In this document: piece after piece, positions 22,741 to 35,662 of the stretch
Layout of the letters: every line of letters begins with the position of its first letter
Position numbering within the stretch: position 1 is the stretch's first letter
NCBI RefSeq assembly: GCF_018350175.1
Contig: NC_058369.1
Span: 4,280,001 to 4,344,000 of the forward strand
Direction: 5' to 3'
Length of the DNA stretch: 64,000 bases
Origin: Felis catus
Lineage: Eukaryota
The notes under the pieces: generated by a model
Database searches by the model: none
Told to the model about the DNA's origin: nothing
What the model saw: the letters and a program-made list of their open reading frames with translations, nothing else
Translations under genes and position numbers: made by a program

Positions 22741-25368
22741 TCGGGAAGTGGGCGGCTGTATTCACCAACATGCAAAACGTGTATAACAGGCACTCCTTCA
22801 ACTCTGCACTAGGACCAGTAGCAAAAACCTGGGAAGCAAGGAACGTCCTTTGAAGGGGCTGACGATGTAGTCACAGGATGAAATATTATGCAGCCGTTAA
22901 AAGCAAGACGCTCGAGTCTTTACTGTGCAGGACGAAATCCAAGATGTGCTACCATCAGGAAACCAGACTCGGGTCTACGAAACAGCAGGGGCGGTGCGAT
23001 CTACTCGCCGGGGGAGGAAAAGAAAATATACAGACACGTTTGCCTCGGCATGGAACATTGCTGGAAGGAGAAACCAGAAACCGGGCTGGCGGCCTCTGGG
23101 GAGGGCGGCAGGGTGTGTGTGGGGGGGTGGCGGCTGGGGAGAGAGGTATTTTTTTGGAACACCCTTTGGCATATTGTAAATTCTGTGGCTTCTGTCGGTT
23201 TTACCTATTGAAAAAAAGAAACTGTAGAGTATGTTTTAGCAAGGCTGCTGTGGGGGGGGGGATAGTAAAATAAAAAGCATTTGGATGGGTTTCTCAGAAA
23301 GGAGGGAGAACTTTAGGCCGGGCCATGGGTCTCCCCTCCAACTGGGCTGAGAGCCCTCCCGCCCGCCTGTCTGGTCCCCCCCAGAGCCTTGCCCTGGCTC
23401 ACACCTTTCCTCCCCCGGTTCAGGGAATGCTTAGAGCCCAGCGGGGCCCCTGGAGGTGCGAGAGAGGGGCTGAGCTGGGGCTGAGCTGGGGCCGACCACC
23501 CAGCCCTCCGTGAAGCCCCCAGGCCGCTTGGCTGGCTCTGAGGAGGGACCCCACACGGGGCTGGGAGCTGCCCAATCCGAGGAGGACCAGAGCAAAGGGC
23601 GAGGGATAACTGCAGGGGAACCGCGAGACGTCTCGGGGGGTGGTGACTGTTCTGTGCCTCAGTTTCCCCACCAGCAAAGCCACCCTCTGGCTGTGGCTGC
23701 CTTGTATCCACAGAACTGGGGGGGGGGGGCTCTGCTGTGTTCTGAGCCCTAGATGTCAAGCCAGACAGGGGTTTTGGGGGGGCAAGTTCTGCCCCTGACT
23801 TCGAAACCCCTGAAGTGAGGGGACCAGCCTGGCTTTAGGCTTTGAGGTGGGGACATTGGCTGAGGCTCCCCACCAGAACCCAGTCGGAAGATCCCCACCC
23901 GCCCCTCCATGATGAGGACCTGTGGGCACAGCTGTCTGATGCCCCAAGGCATTCAGGGCTCAGGCCCCCCCTCCTAGGGCAGTCCTTTTGGGTGTGTTCA
24001 CATGGGCGGGCGCGGCTCTGGGTGGGGTCTTTGCCAGGACAAGAGAAATGGCAGGGCGGATTTCCTGGTATCCTAGGAGGCAGGGCCCCCTGGACGGCAA
24101 TCTCGGCCTTGACTTGCTGTGTCCCACCTGGGAAACACGACCTGACTTTGGCCCCTCTCCTCCCTTCACGACGACCCCATGGTGCATCGCCCCCTGCTGC
24201 ACGGCCTCCTAGCTGTTACTGGGGCAGTGCACCGGGCTCGACCCAGCCTCAAGACCTCCACCCTCTCTGTTCCCTCTGCCTGGAACACCCTTCCTCCACA
24301 GCACCCCAAGGCTGCTTTCTTCTGGGAGCTCCCTGAGCACCCTTAGCTAAAGAGACCTGCCCCCCCTTCCTGCCTTTTGTGTCAGCATGATCTCTCTCTC
24401 TCTCTCTCTCTCGCGAGCACAGTTCTGTGTAAAACATGCTGGCCTGTTTGCTCATTTTAAAAACTGCTCTTTTCCTCTTTTTTCCCTTCAAGACCAGGCT
24501 TTGGGCCGCCCCCCCCCCCCCCCGGCAAGGAGCGAGGTCATTGGTGTTGTCGGTTGATGTGACCCCCACCCAGGCCCCAGACCGTGCATGGCACACACAG
24601 GTTCTCAGTCAATACGTGTAAGTGAATTTCGAGTCTTGACTTGAGATTTGGGTATGGGTGGTTTCTCTTGCCCCGCCCCCCACAGCTGTCATCGAATGGG
24701 GGTGTAGTGAACGGGACCCTGACCAGGGCTGGCACTCAGGAAGCAGGGCTGGGCCACACATTTATGGAGTCCTGCTGTGTTCCTAGGCTGGTTGTTGACC
24801 CAAGGGTGTGACAGCCAGGGTAAGTCCCTCAAGGAGATACACGTGATGATGATGATGATGATGTGGGATCTAGAAGCTTCGAAGTGCTATGGGCAAAGAC
24901 TAGAAGAGGGTAAAGTGTGTGTGGGGATTCGGGGAGGCCTCAGTGAGGAGGTAACATTTGAGCTGAGAACCGAAGGGAGGGAGGGGGTAGCTGTGGGGAC
25001 ACGTGGGGGAAGAGGGTTCCAGGCAGACGGCACAGCAGAGCCATGGTCCTGGGGCAGCCCTGGGCCTGGCGTGTTGCAGGAACAGCGAGCAGAGTGGGCA
25101 AGGAGAGGGAGGAGGGGAAGGCAGGGAGGGGACAGGCAGGTCACGCAGGGCCTTGTGGGCCTCAGACTTTGACTCCGAGGGAGGTGGGAGCCCTGGAGGA
25201 CTGTGGGCAGAGGGTAGGACTGGGATGCTCATGGCCACCCTCTGGTGGCTGCTTCGGAGAAGACATCGTGGGGGGAGGACAGTGTGCTGTTGCAGGAGGG
25301 TGATGATGGGGGCTGGCCCCTGCTTGGGGTCCTGGAGATCCAGAGTGGATCTCGAGACTGCAGACTCT

Positions 25369-25524
25369 GGCACCTGGGGGGCTCAGTCGGTTGAGCGTCA
25401 GACTTCAGCCCGGGTCATGATCTCTCAGTTCGTGAGTTCAAGCCTTGCATCAGGCTCACTGCTGTTGGCCTGCCTGCGCTCTCCCCGCTGATAAATAAGT
25501 TATTAAAAACAAACAAACAAAAAA
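25369..25524 (+). mobile_element. CAN-SINE, internally deleted
   Basis: ggctcagtcggttgagcgtcagacttcagcccgggtcatgatc... with an A-rich tail. Confidence 0.85.
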
Positions 25525-25658
25525 GACTGTGGACTCACAAAGGGGTGAGAGGGAGAAAGAATTAGCCCCTCAGGCCCTATGGGCCCCTCTCAAAAGATAG
25601 ACTGGTATGTCCCACCCCGGACCAAAAGGCACCCCCAGCCCACATCCAACATAGCTTT

Positions 25659-25872
25659 TTAAATTATTATTTTGTTTATGTTTTATTTATTTTTGACAGA
25701 GAGAGCATGAGCGGGGGAGGGGCAGAGAGAGAAGGAGACACAGAATCCGAAGCCGGCTCCGGGCTCCGAGCTGTCAGCACGGAGCCCGACGCGGGGCTCG
25801 AACCCACAGAACGCGAGATCATGACGCGAGCCGAAGTCGGACGCTCAACCGACTGAGCCACCCAGGCGTCCC
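25659..25872 (-). mobile_element. Felid CAN-SINE with TSD caacatagcttttt
   Basis: Reverse-complement SINE, direct repeat on both flanks. Confidence 0.92.
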
Positions 25873-28307
25873 ACCAACATAGCTTTTTAAAGGAATCGGT
25901 GGGGAGTGTTGCTTTCGAGATCACTTGGCCTTGTCCCACTGGGTTGCTTGTACCCCAATCACGACCGCTTGGGAAGTGTTTCGGAGACACGTTGCCCAAC
26001 AACGGCTAGTAATAACCACAGAACTAACGCCACGTGCCTGCTGTGAGCCGGGCCTGCTCTCTGGGCCTCGGTTTCCTCATCTGTAAAACAGGACCAGTGA
26101 GAGCTCTCTCTGAGGGCTGCTGCAAGGATTAGATGGGCTAAGAGTACCAACGGAGCCTTCCCGGCGGCTGGGAGAGGCTCTCGCAGTCTCCTTTGTCTCA
26201 TTTAAGCCGCTCCCGGTTTCTTGGCCGAGACCCCCGGCTGAGCCTGCAGGGCTGAGGCAGCCCTTGCAGACTTGCTCCCACTGGGCCGGTGTGCCTCCAG
26301 GGAGGGGGTCTTTGGGGAGTGTGTGTCCCACTGCCCCAGAGGTCTGCCCTGGTGGGAACACGACCCCCTCCTTGATCACGCACTGGCCGTGCCGCCTGCG
26401 GATCAGGCTGCCATCTGCGCAGAACGCCCTTCCCTCTCGCGCACATCTCACAGGACCTCTTCATCCTTGGATCTTCAGACCCTCCCTCCACCCCCCTCGC
26501 CCCCAGGCCCTTTCTGAGTTCTCGGTTCCAGACCAGACTGCTTGGGGCTGGAAATGGCTTCATCAAGCTCGGGATGGGGGCAGGGGACCGCTCTTCCCTG
26601 GAAAGGTCCTTCACTGCCCCGAGCAGGGGCTGCTGGGGCTGGAGGTGGTGTCCCAGGCAAAGGTGTGTGTTGGGGAGGGGGCGGGGGGCTGGATGCTATA
26701 AACAAGGGCCATCCCCATGGGGTCTGTGTGGGGGGCAGGATGATGTCAGTCCCTCACAGCCTCATAAATGTTTATGGGCAAGGGGGTCTGGGTTTGGGGG
26801 CTCCCTGGAGCCCCGCAGGCAGCTGCTCTCTCCTGCTCCATTCTGGGAGTCCTGGCAGAGGCCCCCTCCGACCCTGGCAGCCAGCCAGCCAGCCCAGAGA
26901 GGGCTGAGTAGGTGCCGAGCACAGCCCTGGTCTGAGCCGACTAAAGGGGAAACTGAGGCTGGGAGGTAGGAAGGGACTGGCTGGCCGGGAGTCTTCCCTT
27001 TCCCTCTGGGGCTTGGGCTTCGCAAAGAGCCAGGGGACTGAGGAAGGATGTACAGGGAGGGGAGGCCTGGGCGGCTGGGAAGTCACCAAAGGCACGGCCC
27101 TGACCAGGTCCCCCTGGTCCAGCCCTCAGTGACCACAGGCCCCACCGGCAGCACCAGGTCCTTGGAAACTAAGTTACTCCGTTGCCCCTGAACACTGCTG
27201 AGGCAGGGACCCTGTCGTCCCCGCTTGCCACGGAGGACAGACCCAGTAAAGAACTGCGAGCTGGGACTCTGACGTGGGTCTGGGACCCCAGAGTGCTCTC
27301 AGGGCTCGGCAGGCCCCCCTTCTCCCGGCCCACGGGTGCGGGGAGCCTCCAGCCTTTCTCAGGCCCGGACGCACCCCTGTGCCCACTCTGGCAGAGACCC
27401 AGGGTGGCTGCGGGGTAATGACAGAACAGCGGTGGCAATGCCAGCAGGGCCTGGGCTCTGCACACGAATTTTAGCTGCCCAACACCTGGCTGAGTGACTA
27501 CCCCGGGGGGGGACAGAGGAAAGCAAGGCTCCAAGTCTGGCTTCCAACCGTGTTGGCACCAGGGTGGGCTGGAGAGAAAGCGGGAGGGACGGGGCCAGGT
27601 ATGGGCGAGGAGGGGGACTCAGGGCCCAGACCCCGCCAGGACCCAATCGCTGCCCGTGCATACCCCTGCTCCCCGGGGTAGGGCCCCGAGAGCCCTAATT
27701 TATGGTCCACCTTGACATGTTGGAGCAAGCCTCCCTTTCCGGCTGCCAGGAAGCAGAGCCAGACCCAGGCCTGCGGAGAGCGGGGGGCCAGGGCCGTGCC
27801 AACATTCTGCAGCTGCCTAAATCACTGGGCCTGACAGGCGGCGGCGGGCGAGGATCAGGATTCTTTTCTCTCGTCCCTGCCATGCGCCCCTCCTTTGCAG
27901 GCTCCTGGTGGCCTGTCACCCACCTGTCACATGGAGACAAAGCTCCTGGGTCAGCCCGTCTGGGGTGCTCCGCTCCAATGCCAAGGAATTTGGAGTCAGG
28001 CTGTGCGTGGGCCCTGGGTGTGTCCCCCCCATGGTGCCCAGAGAGGGGATGGCCCGTGACCTGTGTGGGGGGGCACGGGGGGGGGGCCGTGGGTGGTGGT
28101 GCCCAGCTCCCACCCCCAGATGCCCTGTGTTTAGGGCCCAGCTGGAGCCGTGGGCCCTGTCAGAACAAACCCAGATGCCGTGTCTCCTGCTCCCTTGCTG
28201 GGCTGCTGCTGGGGTGTCACTGCCGCCCTGCCCTCCTGAGACGGGGCTACATCGCAGACGCCAGGGGAGGAGGGGCGGGAGACTCACACACACCAGTATG
28301 CACAGAA

Positions 28308-28313
28308 TTTATT
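28308..28313 (-). terminator. AATAAA poly(A) signal of NDUFA11
   Basis: TTTATT on the + strand 47 nt past the stop; GT-rich tract follows on the minus strand. Confidence 0.85.
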
Positions 28314-28359
28314 TCTCGCTGCATTTCAACCTGGCCGGGGACCCGGGAGGCGGCGGGGC

Positions 28360-28472
28360 TCACACCTTGGGTGCTGCAAACACCTTCCAGCCCTCCAGCT
28401 GGCCCATCTTGACCAACGCGGCGATCGTGCCCATGTACGCGCACGCGGCGGCTCCGATCCCATAGCTGTGAG
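28360..28472 (-). CDS. NDUFA11: NDUFA11 exon 4
   Basis: Acceptor tccggcag|; (T)[36 protein letters not shown]. Confidence 0.95.
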
Positions 28473-29799
28473 CTGCCGGAGTCGGGAGGGTGGCGTCAGT
28501 CACGCGTGGGGCTCACCTGCAGCCACCCAGGGGGCCCAAGAGCACGTCCTTCCCTTGAGGCTGAGGGCTCCTTGAGGATTAAGTCGCGTGACCCCTTGAC
28601 TTTGAAGACGTGCGCGGAAACCCGGAAACGGAGGCAAGAAGGGGTCTAGGCTGTCGGGTCCGGGGGTGGGGCACCCGAGGGGACGGCGCTTTGTCGAGTC
28701 TCAGCCTGTGCCCCGGCCACAGGGCCCGGGCCCTGTACCTGCTCTGCGGACCGGGAACGGAAGGGGACAGAATGCCCCTGCTTGCCCGAGAGCCGTCGCT
28801 GGGGAGGGAGGTCTGCTTGCTGTGTGCAGGGCTCACCCCTCGGCAGGCTGGGGGTGCACGTCAAACCCGACCTTACCCAAGGACTTAAAGCAAAGGCTAG
28901 GATGCATGGGCCTTCCTCCACGGTGCCCGCCCTCTGCCTGACTGGAACGTTCCACCAAGCACTGGCAGGCTGGTGGGCCAGGGCTACGGGAGGTGGAGAG
29001 AGCACTGTCTGCTTCCCGGCCTGGGCAGCTCCACTGTGCCAGGCTGGCGTGGGGCCCCGGCCTGCCTTCCCACTAGGGAGGCACCTCTGCTGGTTCCAGG
29101 TGACCTTGGGCCACCCAAGCCCCCTCTCTGAGCCTCCCTTCCTGCATCTCTAGAAGGGATGGTGAGTGGAAGTCCCCTGGAGGGCTGGGTGTCTGGTCAG
29201 GGCTCTGGGTGCTGGGAGAGGGACAGCAACACAAGGACCATGCACCCTCTCTATGCTTGTGGGGTGGTGGCAGAGACAGGCAGTGACCTCGTGTTCTCTG
29301 ACAAGCTGCAGCAGAGGAAGGGGATATGGAAATGAGGGCAGTGGGGGTTCCAGATCATACACAGAGGGGGCTGTGCTGACACCTGGGCGAACGGCACTCC
29401 AGGAAGGGGGCAGAGCACATGCAAAGGCCCTGGGGCAGGACCCAGCCTGGCTTGGAGGACCAGCAAGGAGGCTCATGTGGCTCGTAGAGAGTGAGCAAAG
29501 GGGAAAGAGGGAGGAGGTGGGGGCAGAGAGGGGACGGGGCAGATTGTGCAGGGCCTTACGGGCCACGCTGAATGTCGCAGGGAGCCACAGGAGGGTGTAA
29601 GGGCTCGGTCAGGTACACATGCGGTAGGTGCTGAAGCAGCTGCCCTTACTATTACTGAAGCCCCGGAAGGATTTCCTGGGGCAGCCCCTCTCCTCTGCTG
29701 GGGCGAGCACTCCACACAGCTGGCTCCTGGTCCAGGACAGAACGGGGGGGGGGGGGGGGTGGTGGTCAGCGGAGGTCAGGGGCGGGGGGGCTCACTCAC

Positions 29800-29922
29800 T
29801 GCGCGCTCCCAGGGTCAGGCCTCCGGCACAGCCTCCGATGAAGTAGTTGAGGGGGTCGTCGGGCTTCTCTCGGACCTGGGCACTGATGCAGGAGGTGAGG
29901 CCAAATATGGCACCGATGGCGG
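29800..29922 (-). CDS. NDUFA11: NDUFA11 exon 3
   Basis: [45 protein letters not shown] bounded. Confidence 0.95.
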
Positions 29923-30014
29923 CTGTCGGGGTGGCAGCGGGGGGGCGAGCGCCGAGTCAGGGCCCGGGGGCCAGTGCCAGGAGGGCCCCCAAGGAGAAGC
30001 CAAGGCTCGCTTAC

Positions 30015-30107
30015 CTGCAGTAAATGTGTATCGCCCTGTCCTCGCCACTCCCTCCAGGAAGGAATCTGGTGGCTGCAGCGTGACACTGTAGGCGGAGAAT
30101 ATCAGGC
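30015..30107 (-). CDS. NDUFA11: NDUFA11 exon 2
   Basis: [31 protein letters not shown]; cag|...|gtaagc. Confidence 0.95.
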
Positions 30108-31514
30108 CTGCGGGACCAGAGCGGGTGAGGTGTGCGGCACCAGCGCCTGGGCACCGAGGCGCGGCGCGGCGCGGCCCTGGCTGGGGGCAGTCCCCCCTGC
30201 ATCAGAGAAACCCTCTGTCCCTACAGCACCCTCAAGGAGGCTCCTAGCAACCCCCCAACCAACCCCCCTGCCCAGGAAGGGACTGTCCTGGGGTTCACCT
30301 GGGGCCCCACAGCTGCTGAGCAGCCAAGGTGGGATTCCAGCCCTGTCTGCTGTTCCAGAACCTGGGCTCTCAGCCCCACCTCTGCACCCCAGGCCCCCCT
30401 CCGCAAGGCCTGACCCCTCACCCTCCATGGCGCACCGGCCCAGCGTGCAATGGACGGGAGAACAGGCCTGGGGCCTAAGTGGCTGGGCCGCTCCCTGGCC
30501 TCCAGGGTCAGCACAGACACCACAGCTGCACCCCACAGGCCCTGCTCCCCACTCCCGTCCAAGGCTGCACTCTCCCGTGGGGCCCTGGGCTCCTCAGCCT
30601 GATCCTCCTTGGCAGAGACCTGGCTCCTGGGCCTGTCCCTCATCACCCTGGGGCCCCCTCCCTGCTAGCGGCTTGGGCCTAGGGCCATCCCTCACACCTG
30701 GCTGGCTCGGCAGCCGCTCACGCCCACCCGGCCTCACCACCCGGTCAGCTTTTCCATCTCTGCTGTCGCCCCGGCCTCCCTGCCCGACACTGGCTTTTAC
30801 GCATGAGGGGCCCGCCGGGGGCCGGGCCTGGAGCTGAGCGGTGGGTGGGTGGTGAGGACAGAGGCCCCGTCCGTGGGCATCCTGAGCAAACACTGGCCTG
30901 GGCTGGTGTGCGGGTCTGGGGCGAGGCCAAGGCAAGCCCTTGGGCAGCTGCCCCCACCAGATCCTCCTCGGTGGGAGGCAGACCAAGCCCACCTGGCTGG
31001 CTCTGAGTCACCAGAAACAGCCCAGCGCGGGGCTCCCCGACCTCCAGCTGACCCTGCTCAGGGCAGACAACACACCCCTCCTCTCCCTATAGACCCCCCA
31101 GCCTGGCCTAGTTGCCATAGGGACCTCCAGGGCCAGCCCAGCCTATCCCATCCCAGCAAAACTGAACTGTTGTTTGCCAGCTGACATTCCAGGCCGCACA
31201 CAGACAGTGCCCCCGTCACCCCGGAGCCCTCAGAAGTCCTAGAACTGGGAGTGCGTGACCCAGTTGTCCCCGATTATCCCAGGGTCAAAGACTGCCCCGC
31301 CCCAACTCTCTGCTAGCAACCATCCAACATGGCGGGTGACCTGTCACAGCCCCCCCTCCCCAGGTCCTGTGATCCCCAGCACATGAGGATCTGTAATGAC
31401 TCAGACCTTTCCACGGCCCCCCATCACCCCACTGAAGGCCCCCTTCCTGACCCCCCACCTGCTCCAGCAGTGACCTCCAGACACAATGCACACACTCATT
31501 CACTGTGCACCCAC

Positions 31515-31585
31515 ATTCATTCATTCATTCATTCATTCATTCATTCATTCATTCATTCGTTCGTTCGTTCACTCATTCATTCATT
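31515..31585. repeat. (TCAT)n tetranucleotide repeat, probably an L2 tail
   Basis: Directly visible. Confidence 0.9.
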
Positions 31586-31682
31586 TGGTTCCTCTGTACC
31601 TTCATTCACTCATACATTCATTCACTGTTACTGTGAAGCCTAATCCATCCATCACCCATCCCAAAGAGTTACTGAACGCCTA

Positions 31683-31893
31683 GGGGCGTCTGGGTGGCTC
31701 AGTGGGTTAAGCATCCGACTTCGGCTCAGGTCATGATCTCATGGTTCGTGTGTTTGAGTCCCACGTCAGGGTCTGTGCTGACAGCTCAGGGCCTGGAGCC
31801 TGTTTCGGATTCTGTCTCCCTCTCTCTCTGCCCCTCGCCCGCTCATGCTCTGTTGCTCTCTCAAAAAAAAAATATATAAACATAAAAAAAAAA
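31683..31893 (+). mobile_element. CAN-SINE with TSD aagagttactg
   Basis: SINE head and tail with flanking direct repeat. Confidence 0.9.
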
Positions 31894-32102
31894 GAAGAGT
31901 TACTGGGTGCCTTCATTCATTCATTCACTCCCCAGGGGCTCACCATCTCAGGAAAGCCAGATGGGACACAAGAGTGTTCTCTCAGTGAGGGCTGAGGGGA
32001 GGCAGGGAATGAGGGAGGGTGAGGTAAGGAAGGATCCAGAAGCCAAGTCCCGTATGTTGCATGGAGTTGGCCAGTGTGAACACGCAGGTGGGCATAGTGA
32101 GC

Positions 32103-32104
<2 letters not shown>

Positions 32105-32151
<47 letters not shown>
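32105..32151. repeat. (CA)n microsatellite
   Basis: Directly visible. Confidence 0.95.
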
Positions 32152-32153
<2 letters not shown>

Positions 32154-32535
32154 CCTGATCTGGGGCCCCTGTCAAAGGTTTCCACCCACCCTCCCTAAAA
32201 GACCCTCCAGCAACCCCCCTTCCCCAGAGGCTCCTGGCTCACTCAGCACCCCACTCCTGGAAAGTGCTCAGTCTCCCCCAAAAGCCTCCTGAGACTCCAG
32301 TCCACCCCCAAGGCCCGCGCATTTGTGATCAAACACATGCACTCCCATTCACAAACACCAACGTTATATCTTTCTCAGGTTCCAAATCCCCCAAATTTTC
32401 GCCCTGAAGGTCCCACATGCCCTTCAGGCGACCCCTCCTGCTTTAATTTTCCTTTAGACACAACCATGAGCCTCCACCAAGTTCGGCCAGGCCTCCCGCA
32501 ACGTCAGCATCGCCCCTTAAGAATGTGCCCAAACT

Positions 32536-32994
32536 GGGGCGCCTGGGTGGCGCAGTCGGTTAAGCGTCCGACTTCAGCCAGGTCACGATCTCGCGGTCTG
32601 TGAGTTCGAGCCCCGCGTCAGGCTCTGGGCTGATGGCTCAGAGCCTGGAGCCTGTTTCCAATTCTGTGTCTCTCTCTCTCTCTCTGCCCCTCCCCCGTTC
32701 ATGCTCTGTCTCTCTCTGTCCCAAAAATAAATAAACGTTGAAAAAAAAAAAAAAAAAAAAAAAGAATGTGCCCAAACTGGGGCGCCTGGGTGGTGCAGTC
32801 GGTTAAGCGTCCGACTTCAGCCAGGTCACGATCTCGCGGTCCGTGAGTTCGAGCCCCGCGTCAGGCTCTGGGCTGATGGCTCAGAGCCTGGAGCCTGTTT
32901 CGGATTCTGTGTCTCCCTCTCTCTCTGCCCCTCCCCCGTTCATGCTCTGTCTCTCTCTGTCCCAAAAATAAATAAACGTTGAAAAAAAAAAAAA
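32536..32994 (+). mobile_element. Two tandem young felid CAN-SINEs (32536-32761, 32779-32994) in NDUFA11 intron 1
   Basis: Near-identical copies, long pure A tails, AAGAATGTGCCC present three times. Confidence 0.95.
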
Positions 32995-34225
32995 AAGAAT
33001 GTGCCCCAGTAACTTCCCCCTACAGTGACCCAACCCCACACCGCCCACCCCTCTCTCAAGGACCCCAGAGATCCCGCCATGCACCTCCACCGTCCCAACG
33101 ACTCACCACTCGAGCAGACTCCACATAACCCATCCGCAGGGACTCCCCCTCGACCCTCTCTCTTCAGACCCCTCCACAAGGACCCTGCATGCACAGTCCT
33201 TGCCTCAGCCACCCTCAGGAGCAGATCAGCAGACCTGGATTTGCACACCGGCTCCAAAAGACCGAAGGGAAGTTAATACACCTCTCCGACCTTCAGTGTC
33301 CATCTCTGAGAAATGGGCACGATAACCGCTGATCTCACTAAACACGCAGAAAATGGTAGCCTGGGGGAGACTCAACTTCTGCCAGGCCTCGTTTCAGGAG
33401 CTGGAGACATGGAGGTGGCCCAAACCATCTTATCTACCGATCTCAGAGAGACTGAGCATCAAAAGGGACCCTGGAAGAGGCGAGTCGCTGGGGTCTCCCC
33501 TGCAAGGGAGTGCTAGGGCTGTGGATCCCCTTATGCCCCCCCCAGGCTACCCTTATAGTACCCCTGACCCGCCGCATCTATGATCTCGGCACCCCTACGA
33601 CCCCTCTGGTGGTCCCAATTAAAGCTTCAGATATCCCTAAACATCCCACTCTCCTGGACCCTAAGAAAACCTCATCCCCCTCCAGGATAATGACCCACGA
33701 TCCACCCCCCCGCCCCCAAATAACCTCAACTTAACCCTGTTAAGTCTCACGAATCCCCAGCTCCTTTGATCCCGATAACGGCCCTCTCCCACTCAACGGC
33801 TTCCCCGGAGCCTGGTGACAGCTTCAACAATAACCCCTAAGTCCCAGCACCCGGGAACAGCTTCTGACGGCCCCAGAGCCTGTCACAGGTACCACTTCCC
33901 AGTGCCCTCCAACCCTGCCGGACCCCCTTCACACAAGAGTCCCTCATGGCCTCCCCAGACATTCCCACGACGCCCACGTGTCACCCCGTGGGATACCCAG
34001 CTCCAGACCCCCTAGGACTTCCTGCGCCCTCTGAATTAGTCTGACACGCCTACAAAATCTATCTCATACAAGAGCTCCCCAGCGTCCCAGGGCCACCGCA
34101 GGCACCCCGGTGACAACCATGCGCCACCTGCGAGATCCCCAGCCCCCCAAGACGCCCTCGGACAGCCGCCAGCGACTCCATGACCTCCTTGCACCCTCTG
34201 CCTTCGGGGCCCCGGCGGCGCTCAC

Positions 34226-34322
34226 CAGCGGCACCACTCAGTGTGGTACTGGCGTAGGTCTTGCGGTGGCACTCGGTGCCATCGGGAATGTCCCGGTATC
34301 GCTGAAGAAGCGTCTGCACCAT
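34226..34322 (-). CDS. NDUFA11: NADH:ubiquinone oxidoreductase subunit A11 exon 1; the four exons total 426 nt, 141 aa
   Basis: MVQTLLQRYRDIPDGTECHRKTYASTTLSGAAG, donor G|GTGAG. Confidence 0.95.
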
Positions 34323-35471
34323 GACCGCGCACCCCTGGCCCCGCACCGCACACCCGACCGTCTCCCCGCACCCAAGGGCAGCCGCCGCCGTTCGTTCTCG
34401 CGAGACTTCCTGGGCGGCGCGCGCAACCTCTCGGGCGCAGGGGCCGACAACAAGCGTGCAACTTTATTGAGCACCGAGAACACAGACACCGGTGGCGCTC
34501 ACGCGCCGAGTCGGGACTGGCGTAAAGGAGGCGCGCGTGCACCCCCCCAGCCGATTTCTGGAGGGAGAAACTGAAGTCAGCCAGAATCAGTGAAGGCAGA
34601 TCTCGCTAGCCCCAACTCAGAAGGGCCTAGGTTAGGAAGGGTTTGACCCGGAGTGGGGGTCTAATCTGGGGGTGGGACTATGACGGGTATTTGGGCGCGG
34701 GGCGGAACTCCATTTGATAGGCGCAAGATGTAACTATGGGGCGGGGCACAGCGGAAATGCGGCCACTCCCAGCGCCAGAATCCGCAAGGGGGCGTGATCA
34801 CGCCCTGGGCCGGTCTCCAAGCAGAGTCCGAACCGCGTGCGACTGTTTGGGGGCGTGGCCAGACTCGCGGGCGGCGGAAGATGACGATCCCGGGGCTAGG
34901 ATTTTAGCGGGACAGCACCTGTGCCCTGCCTGCGGCTGGCTCGTCCAAGCCCCGGGCGGGAGGAGGTACGCGCTAGACTTGGGGGGCGTGGCCGGGGGGG
35001 AAAACACCGCCTGAAGGGCACTTGGCCAATCCGGAGCTGTACGGTTGCCTAAGGGGCGTGGCCGTGGCCCTTTGGGTAGCTCCCAGAGACTCGCAGCCCG
35101 GGGCGTGGTCAGGCTTTCTGGACCGCAGGACCCGGACCAATCGTAGTGTTGGCTTCTCAGTGGGGCGGGGCCTGTCTCGAAGGAGTGGCCAATCCCGTTG
35201 CGGAAGCCTGAACTGGGCGGGCCGCAGGAGAACCAGGCCCGCCTGGGGGCGTGGTTTGTCAGGACGTTGGCCAATCTTAGAGTCAGGCCGGGCTCAGGGG
35301 CGGAGTTTCGAGGTGCCCAAACCATTGAGGGCGTTTGGGTTTGAGGAGGGCGCGACCCGTCGGGCCGAGGCCAATCGCTCGGTCCGGAGAGAGCCTCTGG
35401 GGGCGTGGCCCACTGGGGCTGGGGGCGGGGCCTGGGCCCGGTTCCGGGCCGTCCGGGACGGCGCCGGGGCC
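34323..35471. promoter_or_regulatory. CpG-island divergent promoter region shared by NDUFA11 and VMAC
   Basis: Head-to-head ATGs 1150 bp apart; TCTCGCGAGA at 34396-34405, ETS GGAA cores, repeated GGGCGTGG and CCAATC boxes. Confidence 0.85.
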
Positions 35472-35662
35472 ATGTCGGCGCCGCAGCCGCTGCAGATCCG
35501 CGAGGCGAACGCGCACCTGGCGGCTGTGCACCGGCGCGCGGCGGAGCTGGAGGCGCGGCTGGACGCGGCGGAGCGCACAGTGAGCGCCCAGGCCGAGCGC
35601 CTGGCCCGCCACGACCAGCAGCTGCGCGCTGCGCTGGAGGAGCTGGGCCGCGCCAAGGACTG
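35472..35662 (+). CDS. VMAC: Vimentin-type intermediate filament-associated coiled-coil protein exon 1; join(35472..35662,36886..37204), 169 aa
   Basis: [37 protein letters not shown]...ELGRAKD; donor TG|GTGAGG. Confidence 0.93.

Noticed and set aside
8262..28366. In-frame NDUFA11-FUT fusion protein via the AAG|GTGTGA donor at the end of NDUFA11
   Set aside because: The 12 nt before the FUT ATG read CTG CTC TGA CCC, an in-frame stop, so no fusion ORF can form through this acceptor
34290..34298. Arg in place of the Trp seen in human and bovine NDUFA11 (YRD versus YWD)
   Set aside because: Single T-to-C change at a position I recall as variable among mammals; no sign of gene damage
35022..35471. 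150-codon in-frame open extension upstream of the VMAC ATG
   Set aside because: Starts at TTG and runs through promoter motifs that are probably upstream of the TSS; stop-poor because of GC content
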